This document shows, one piece after another, positions 31,399 through 38,134 of a stretch of 58,097 nucleotides of DNA. Under the pieces are notes generated by a model that did no database searches, was not told where the DNA came from, and worked only from the letters and a program-made list of their open reading frames with translations. A program made the translations under genes and the position numbers. The DNA comes from an uncultured Clostridium sp. (GTDB taxonomy: Bacteria; Bacillota; Clostridia; TANB77; CAG-508): positions 1 through 58,097 of the forward strand of contig CAYWAH010000003.1 in assembly GCA_964456505.1 (NCBI GenBank), in the 5' to 3' direction. The stretch's first letter is position 1, and the number at the start of each line of letters is the position of its first letter.

Positions 31399-31560
31399 AT
31401 AAGCATATATGTAAGATTAAAATTTAATTGTTTTAAATCAAATAGAATTTACTTTTTCATTTGACTTTATCAAAAATTAACTACAATTTAACATTAAAAT
31501 ACTTTACTTTAGGGCAAAAACATGGTAAAATATAGGTGCTTGATAAAAAGGAGTGATTTT

Positions 31561-32322
31561 ATGGAAACAATTTTAAAAAAACCATCACTGTATAATTTAT
31601 TGTATAAAGATGTAACAGAAGATATTAATTTATACAAAGTATTATTAAAAAACTATAAAGAGATAGTTGAATATGGTGCAGGGACAGGTAGAATTACTAT
31701 TCCTATAGCTCAAGAAGAAAAAAAAGTCATTGCAATAGATAATGAATCTAATATGTTAGATGATTTAAAGTTTAAAGTAAAAGAAATGGGATTAGAAAAA
31801 AATATTATTCCAATAAAAGCTGATATGATAACTTATGTATGTGATAAAAAAGAAAAGTGTGTTATTATGCCACTCACAGTCTTTAATTATATATTGGATG
31901 ATAAAGAACAAGAAGAATGCTTGAAAAATATAGGTAAATACTTAGAGAGAGATGGCACTCTTATAATAGAATTATTAACTAAAAAAACCTTTTTGGACTT
32001 AACAGAAAACTCTGAAAGTAATTTAGAATATATAAAAAAAATAAAAACAAACGATGGGTATTATGAATACTGGAGAACAACAACATTTGATAAAAATACA
32101 AATCTTATTGAACAGAGAAGAGTTTTTAAACATTTTAACAAAGAAAATAAAAATGATAGTCAAGAAGAATTTATATGGAAAAACAAGTTTATAACATATA
32201 ATACTATTAAACAAGAACTTGAAAGAAATAACTTTGTAATTGAAACAGCTTATGGAAATTGCAAATTAGATCCATATAATGAAGATAGTGAAGATTTATT
32301 TATTAAGGCTAAAAAGGTCTAA
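31561..32322 (+). CDS. Class I SAM-dependent methyltransferase; first gene of the RiPP-like cluster
   Basis: Motif I 'IVEYGAGTGRITI', 'AIDNESNML', 'YLERDGTLIIEL'; RBS AAGGAG. Confidence 0.9.
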   Translation: METILKKPSLYNLLYKDVTEDINLYKVLLKNYKEIVEYGAGTGRITIPIAQEEKKVIAIDNESNMLDDLKFKVKEMGLEKNIIPIKADMITYVCDKKEKCVIMPLTVFNYILDDKEQEECLKNIGKYLERDGTLIIELLTKKTFLDLTENSESNLEYIKKIKTNDGYYEYWRTTTFDKNTNLIEQRRVFKHFNKENKNDSQEEFIWKNKFITYNTIKQELERNNFVIETAYGNCKLDPYNEDSEDLFIKAKKV

Positions 32323-32369
32323 TAAATAAATTTCATTATATAAAATTTTAAAATAGGAGGAAAAATATT

Positions 32370-32468
32370 ATGAAATCAATTAATGAAAAAGTTGTATCAG
32401 TAGAAAAAATTTCTTCTGTAAGTGCATCTTGCATGTATCATAGTGTTTCTTGCATGTACCATGCATAG
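32370..32468 (+). CDS. Putative RiPP precursor peptide, 32 aa: MKSINEKVVSVEKISSVSASCMYHSVSCMYHA
   Basis: Manual translation. Strong RBS AGGAGG 9 nt upstream; duplicated core SCMYH (TCTTGCATGTATCAT / TCTTGCATGTACCAT); immediately upstream of an rSAM/SPASM gene. Confidence 0.85.
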   Translation: MKSINEKVVSVEKISSVSASCMYHSVSCMYHA

Positions 32469-32475
32469 GTGAGAC

Positions 32476-32507
32476 AAAAGATGGGCAAGATAGTTTGTCC
32501 ATCTTTT
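32476..32507 (+). terminator. Stem-loop after the precursor gene (leaky terminator or mRNA stabiliser)
   Basis: AAAAGATGGGCAA-GATAGT-TTGTCCATCTTTT. Confidence 0.7.
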
Positions 32508-32537
32508 CATTATAATTTTAGAAAGAGGGAATTAGTT

Positions 32538-33884
32538 ATGAAATTAATAAATGAAATTCAATTTGTAAGAATAAATGATAATGAGATAGTAATGTTGAAT
32601 CTTATAAATGCTGCAGCAGATATTCTTGATAATGATACATATGAGAAATTGACTAATGATATAGATTCATTAGATGAGAGTATTATAAAAAAATTAAAAG
32701 AGAGAAAATATGTTTTTAATAGTGAAAATGAATACAATGAATATTTAAGTAAATTAAACACAGCAATTGACATTGCTCAAAAAAATAGTCCTCCTTGCTT
32801 TTTAGTCGTTCCAACATATAATTGTAATCTTCGATGTACTTATTGTTATGAGAGAACATATAGAATAGAGAATATAAAAGAAAACAATATGATACAAATA
32901 ATAGATAGACAATTTGAGGTAATAGATGATGTAGTTAATAAATACAGAAAAACAAATATTAAGGATTTTGATTCAAATTGTATCAGGATTACAATCATGG
33001 GAGGAGAACCTCTATTAAGGGTTAATAAAAAAATTATTGAATATATATTTAAAAAGGTTAAAGAAAGAAAATATACAATTGATATTGTAACTAATGGCGT
33101 AGATTTAGACTATTTTATTGACATATTAACTGATGATTGTGTAGATCATATTCAAATTACATTAGATGGATCAAAAAATATACATGATAAGAGAAGAATA
33201 TTTGCTGATGGAAGAGGTAGTTTTACTAAAATAATAAACAATATTGGATTAGCATTAAAAAATAATATTAAAATTTACTTGAGAGTAAATGTAGATAATG
33301 ATAATTTAAATGATTTACCAGAATTAGCAAAAATACTAGTACAAAGATTTAATAATGATGAAAATTTAAACCCATATATATATCTTTTGCAAGATGGAGG
33401 ATGTTCTGGAGATGCAAATGTTGTCAAAGAAGAAGTAGGAATTGATAAAGTATATAAATTAGAGCATGAATATCCACAGATGAAAATTTTTAGAAAAAAA
33501 TTTCATCCAGAAATGTATATTAATTCTATATTACAAAATACTGAATTTCAACCAGTACTAAGACATTGTGGAGCTGCAATTAATCAATATATTCTAGATT
33601 ATAAGGGCAATATATATAGATGCTGGCATGGAATAGGAAATGATGGTTACAGAACAGGAAGATATATTCCTACAATAGAAGAAGATAAAGATAAAAATGA
33701 AAAATGGGATAAGAGATCAGTATTAAATCTAAAAAAATGTAAAAATTGTAAATATAGGTATATATGTGGAACAGGATGTCCTGCAGCAACCCATAAAGGA
33801 GAAAAAGAATTTGACATTGAAAAAGAAAGCTGTGTTGATTATGAAGGATTGATTGATACTATAATCAAAGAAAAAATAAAATGA
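32538..33884 (+). CDS. Radical SAM/SPASM peptide maturase with probable N-terminal RRE-like domain
   Basis: 'PTYNCNLRCTYCYE' (CxxxCxxC), 'MGGEPLL', 'IQITLDG'; SPASM 'HCGA..YRCW', 'CKNCKYRYICGTGCP..SC'; ~85-aa N-terminal extension. Start at ATG 32538 after GAGGG. Confidence 0.93.
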   Translation: MKLINEIQFVRINDNEIVMLNLINAAADILDNDTYEKLTNDIDSLDESIIKKLKERKYVFNSENEYNEYLSKLNTAIDIAQKNSPPCFLVVPTYNCNLRCTYCYERTYRIENIKENNMIQIIDRQFEVIDDVVNKYRKTNIKDFDSNCIRITIMGGEPLLRVNKKIIEYIFKKVKERKYTIDIVTNGVDLDYFIDILTDDCVDHIQITLDGSKNIHDKRRIFADGRGSFTKIINNIGLALKNNIKIYLRVNVDNDNLNDLPELAKILVQRFNNDENLNPYIYLLQDGGCSGDANVVKEEVGIDKVYKLEHEYPQMKIFRKKFHPEMYINSILQNTEFQPVLRHCGAAINQYILDYKGNIYRCWHGIGNDGYRTGRYIPTIEEDKDKNEKWDKRSVLNLKKCKNCKYRYICGTGCPAATHKGEKEFDIEKESCVDYEGLIDTIIKEKIK

Positions 33885-33895
33885 GGTGATTGCAA

Positions 33896-35962
33896 TTGAA
33901 TGATAAAGAAATAATGACTTTAGGAGTATTTGCTCATGCAAATGCTGGCAAAACTACAATAACTGAAAATTTATTATATGACACACATGTAATTAATGAA
34001 ATAGGCAGAGTCGATTCTGGAAATACAGTAACTGATTCTATGAAAGTTGAAAAAGAGAGAGGAATTACAGTTAGATCTTCTTTAGTTTCTTTTGATGCTG
34101 AAGGAAAAAAAGTACAATTGATTGATACTCCTGGACATGTTGACTTTTCGGCAGAAGTTGAAAGAGCAATTAATGTGTTAGACGGTGCTGTACTTGCAAT
34201 TTCAGGTGTAGAGGGTGTTGAAGCACAGACATATACTATATGGAATGCGTTAAAAGAAAAAAAGGTTCCAACTATATTTTTTATAAATAAAATGGATAGA
34301 GTAGGTGCTGATTATGAAAGAACGATTAACGAGATAAAAGAAAAATTGCAAGTACCAATAGTATCATTGCAAAAGATAGAAACAAATGATGATAAAATAA
34401 TAATTAAGGATTTAACCAATGAACAAATTGTTGAGCAATTAACGTCAATAGATGATGATAATGTTGATGACTTAATAGAAAAATATTTAAATGATCCTAA
34501 TAGTTTATCTACTGAAGAAATAAACCAAAGAATAGAAGAATTATCAATAAGTGGAAAAATCAATATTGCTATTGGAGGAAGTGCCCTTAAAAGTATAGGT
34601 ACAAATGAATTAGTACATTATATCTCTAAATATTTACCAAGTACTCAGAGAAAAATAGAAGATGAATTCTCTGCATATGTTTATACTGTGAGAGTTGAAG
34701 ACAATGGACAAAAAAACTTATATGTAAAGGTGTTAACTGGTGAAATTTCACCAAGAGACACAATTAAAATGGATGATGAAGATAATGAAGCTAAAATAAA
34801 AAATACATTTATTTCAGATGGAAAAGAAATCGTAAACACAGATTACTTAAAAAGTGGCGATATCGGAATTATAACAGGAATAGATGCAAAATGTGGGCAG
34901 TTACTTGGTAGTCAAAAAGAAAAAAATAAATATGTAAGTTTCGTAAAGCCTTTAATAAATATGGAAATAGATGCTAAAGAAAAAAATCAAGTTATTAAGT
35001 TGGTTGAAGCATTAAAAGTTTTAAATGATGAAGATCCATATTTAAATGTTAGATATTCTAAGAATACTAGAAAAATATACATGAGTTTAATGGGAGAGGT
35101 TCAAGCACAAGTAATAGAAGAAATGTTAAAAGACAGATTTAGCATTGATGCTACCATTTCAAAACCAGTTATAATTCATAAAGAAAAGCCGATAAAAAAA
35201 GGAGTTGGTGAAGCTTACTATACAAGAGTTTCAGGATTAAAACTTGAAATAGAACCTTTACCAGAAGGCAGTGGATTCCACTATAAATCTGATTTATCTA
35301 CAGATTATTTGCATAAGAAATATCAAAGGCAAACAGAAAGATTAGTTAATAAATATTCTAAACAGGGGCTATATGGATGGGAAGTAACAGATGCAGAAGT
35401 AAGGCTAGTAGATGGAAGATTTGACTCAATGGGGTCTGAACCAAAACATTTTAATATTGCAGTACCGCTCGCATTTATGAGAGCATTAAAAGATTCTGGG
35501 GTGGAACTTCTTGAACCAATAAGCTCATACTCAATTATAGTTCCAAAAGAAAATTTGAATAATGTAATACAACTATTATCAAAAAAAGAGTCTAGCTTTG
35601 AAATAGATGAAACAATGGAACATAATGTGAAAATAACTGGAGAAGCACCATTGGATTTGATGTCTAATTTTCCAGTAGAATTAAACAAATTAACTTCAGG
35701 AAGAGGAATATATAGTCAAAATGTAGAAAAATATATGCATTCACGTGAACAAGATAAAGAGTGTCCATATATTGGACCAGATCCTAGGAATGAAGTTCCT
35801 TTCGTAATAAGTGATATGGGAGCAAGTTTGGATTATCTTGATCCAGTTAGAAGCAAGAAAAAGAAAGTAAGTAGAGCAAAATTTAAAAGAGAAAGAAAAG
35901 AAAAGCAAATCAGAGAAGAAAAAAAAAGAACAAGATTTGAAGGGATAGATAGAGATGATTAA
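33896..35962 (+). CDS. TetM/TetO-like (EF-G paralog) translational GTPase, putative ribosome-protection protein
   Basis: 'LGVFAHANAGKTTITENLLY', 'ERGITV', 'IDTPGHVDF', 'NKMDR', 'LNDEDP', 'ELLEP'; domain IV layout of the Tet RPP clade. TTG 33896 is best spaced from GAGGTG (ORF track starts at 33890). Confidence 0.85.
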   Translation: MNDKEIMTLGVFAHANAGKTTITENLLYDTHVINEIGRVDSGNTVTDSMKVEKERGITVRSSLVSFDAEGKKVQLIDTPGHVDFSAEVERAINVLDGAVLAISGVEGVEAQTYTIWNALKEKKVPTIFFINKMDRVGADYERTINEIKEKLQVPIVSLQKIETNDDKIIIKDLTNEQIVEQLTSIDDDNVDDLIEKYLNDPNSLSTEEINQRIEELSISGKINIAIGGSALKSIGTNELVHYISKYLPSTQRKIEDEFSAYVYTVRVEDNGQKNLYVKVLTGEISPRDTIKMDDEDNEAKIKNTFISDGKEIVNTDYLKSGDIGIITGIDAKCGQLLGSQKEKNKYVSFVKPLINMEIDAKEKNQVIKLVEALKVLNDEDPYLNVRYSKNTRKIYMSLMGEVQAQVIEEMLKDRFSIDATISKPVIIHKEKPIKKGVGEAYYTRVSGLKLEIEPLPEGSGFHYKSDLSTDYLHKKYQRQTERLVNKYSKQGLYGWEVTDAEVRLVDGRFDSMGSEPKHFNIAVPLAFMRALKDSGVELLEPISSYSIIVPKENLNNVIQLLSKKESSFEIDETMEHNVKITGEAPLDLMSNFPVELNKLTSGRGIYSQNVEKYMHSREQDKECPYIGPDPRNEVPFVISDMGASLDYLDPVRSKKKKVSRAKFKRERKEKQIREEKKRTRFEGIDRDD

Positions 35963-36962
35963 TTTTGAAAACACTAAACCATTAAGTTATGAAGAATTAT
36001 TAGAAATTGAAAATAAAATTTATGACAAAGAGTATATTGATGAAAAAACTCAAAAAACAGATATAAATTTGAATGAAGTATTATCCAGGAAAACGGAAAT
36101 ATTTAAAGATAAAACATATAATTTGCCACAAAATATTTTTTATATTGACAATTATAAAGGAAAAGTAGTAGTTGGAAGAAAAATTAGGTCAGTTTTAAGC
36201 TTTGAAAATAAAATAAATGCGATACACTGCAGTATGATAACGAGCTCAATGCTTTTAGGATTCTTAAAAAAAGGATTTCAAAGAGAAAAAGATGTAGAGG
36301 TAGAATATTATCCTCTAAAAAAATCTGAAAAAATAACAGCATTTGATGAAATAAAAAATAATAAAAATTCTGATATTTATTTTCCATTTAAATATTTAGA
36401 CTATTACACAAATGAAGAAGAAAAATCTCCAGATACTGGCTGGGATTTAAATCCTGCAAAAGTTATATATCTAGGATATGGAGAAGAACATATTAGAAAA
36501 TATACAATAAATTTTATAAAGCCATATATGAAAGATGGAACCATTATATTCGATCCAGCATGTTCTACAGGTCAATTTTTACATACTATAAAGAAATATT
36601 ATCCAAGTTGTAAAACGATAGGTCAAGATTTAAGTAAAGAAATGGTTGATTATGCTAAAGACTATGTCGATGAAATTTATTGTGGTGATTCAATAAATAC
36701 AAAAATAAAAGATGAAAGTGTAGATATTGAATTTTTTCGATTTTTGAATTCAGAAGTTGTTACAACTGAATATGCATATTTACTTTTTGAACATTTATAC
36801 AAAAAAGTAAAAAAAAATGGAATAATTGTAATATTTGGACATACCCCTGTTTTAATGAAGAAAGAATTTTTTATAAAACTTGGATTAAAAGTAGTACAAT
36901 CAATTGCATATGATAAAGATTATGATTGTATTTTTCAATATTATGTGTTAAGGAGAGTATAA
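35955..36962 (+). CDS. SAM-dependent transferase, methyltransferase fold; resembles 3-amino-3-carboxypropyl transferases of the isonocardicin synthase (Nat) type
   Basis: SAM motif 'FDPACSTGQFL', 'TIGQDLSKEMV', 'CGDSI', 'RFLNSEVVT', 'GHTPVL', 'FQYYVL'. The Nat resemblance is from recalled motifs, not a search. Confidence 0.7.
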   Translation: MINFENTKPLSYEELLEIENKIYDKEYIDEKTQKTDINLNEVLSRKTEIFKDKTYNLPQNIFYIDNYKGKVVVGRKIRSVLSFENKINAIHCSMITSSMLLGFLKKGFQREKDVEVEYYPLKKSEKITAFDEIKNNKNSDIYFPFKYLDYYTNEEEKSPDTGWDLNPAKVIYLGYGEEHIRKYTINFIKPYMKDGTIIFDPACSTGQFLHTIKKYYPSCKTIGQDLSKEMVDYAKDYVDEIYCGDSINTKIKDESVDIEFFRFLNSEVVTTEYAYLLFEHLYKKVKKNGIIVIFGHTPVLMKKEFFIKLGLKVVQSIAYDKDYDCIFQYYVLRRV

Positions 36963-36964
36963 TA

Positions 36965-38065
36965 ATGGAAGAAACATATAACCCTAATAAACTCATAATT
37001 GATAGAAGTGCAATTGAATTCAACATAGATAATATTAGAAAGCATCTTGGAAAAAATGTTGAATTGATGCCTATAGTTAAGGCTAATGCATATGGAGTAG
37101 GGATTAATAATATTTTGCCAATTTTAGTAAAAAAGAATATAAAAAGCATAGGTGTTGCAAATGTAAATGAAGGAATAATTGCAAGAAAAGAGTTCAAAGG
37201 ACAAATATTAGTTTTATTGCAACCACTAGTACAACAAATTCCGGAAATAATAAAAAATAAGCTAACAATAAATGCATGTGATTATAACTTTTTATATGTG
37301 TTAAATAAGAAATCTGAAACTAACAATATAGTTTCAGAGGTTCATATAGAAATTGATACAGGAATGGGACGAACAGGTATTAAAATTGAGGATATAGATG
37401 AGTTTTTAAACAAAATTAAGAATTTACAAAATATAAAAGTAGTTGGCATATCCTCTCATTTATCATCAAGTGGAAATAATGAAGAATATTCGTATTTTCA
37501 AATTGAAAGATTCAAGCAAGCAATAAGTATCTTTAAATTGAAAAAAATTCAATTAAAATATATTCATATTTATGCAAGTGGAGGAATATTAAAATATCCA
37601 ATTAAATTTTCAAATATGGCGAGAACTGGAATTATGATTTATGGATATTATCCAGGAAAAAATAAAAATATAAAGTTATTCCCTGCTCTAAAACTTATGA
37701 CAAAAATAAGCTATATCCATACTGTAAAACATGGCGAGTATATAGGATATAATTGCATTTATAAAGCAAAAGAAAACAGGAGAGTTGCAGTCATACCTAT
37801 TGGATTTGCGGATGCACTTATGGGATTAGAAAGCAATATTGGTTCTGTTATGGTAAAGAATAAAAAAGCAAAAATAATTGCAATTTGCATGGATACTATG
37901 ATAATAGATATTACAAATATAGATAATGCTAAAATAGATGATGATGTTGTTTTATGGGATAATGATGATATAACATTAGAACAATGGGGAGAGTGGACTA
38001 ATACAAGTAATTATGAAGTGTTATCAATATTATCTAATAGAATAGAAAGAAAAATGATAAATTAG
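36965..38065 (+). CDS. Alanine-racemase-family PLP enzyme (divergent; possible tailoring epimerase)
   Basis: 'VKANAYG' PLP lysine, 'HIEIDTGMGRTG', 'RTGIMIYG', 'GEYIGY' (catalytic Tyr position), 'ICMD', 'NYEVL..RIER'. Confidence 0.9.
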   Translation: MEETYNPNKLIIDRSAIEFNIDNIRKHLGKNVELMPIVKANAYGVGINNILPILVKKNIKSIGVANVNEGIIARKEFKGQILVLLQPLVQQIPEIIKNKLTINACDYNFLYVLNKKSETNNIVSEVHIEIDTGMGRTGIKIEDIDEFLNKIKNLQNIKVVGISSHLSSSGNNEEYSYFQIERFKQAISIFKLKKIQLKYIHIYASGGILKYPIKFSNMARTGIMIYGYYPGKNKNIKLFPALKLMTKISYIHTVKHGEYIGYNCIYKAKENRRVAVIPIGFADALMGLESNIGSVMVKNKKAKIIAICMDTMIIDITNIDNAKIDDDVVLWDNDDITLEQWGEWTNTSNYEVLSILSNRIERKMIN

Positions 38066-38134
38066 AGTAAATGAAAAAACTGTCCTTCTTTTATTTAAGT
38101 GTTTTTTTATAAAGCTAATGAAAATGGAGTAAAA

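Noticed and set aside
31461-31487. sigmaA promoter for the RiPP-like operon (TTGACT...TACAAT)
   Set aside because: The 15-bp spacing is suboptimal and the region is very AT-rich, so it could not be called with confidence.
32469-32537. ORF-track N-terminal extension of the rSAM (MRQKMGKIVCPSF...)
   Set aside because: It has no RBS and runs through the post-precursor hairpin; ATG 32538 has a proper GAGGG RBS.
33896-35962. Calling the GTPase tetM/tetO/tetW
   Set aside because: The tetracycline-dislodging loop and G1 motif differ and the gene context is biosynthetic; resistance cannot be claimed from sequence.
36965-38065. Calling the PLP enzyme the housekeeping alr
   Set aside because: It lies in an accessory operon and has altered pocket motifs; substrate unknown, so no symbol given.
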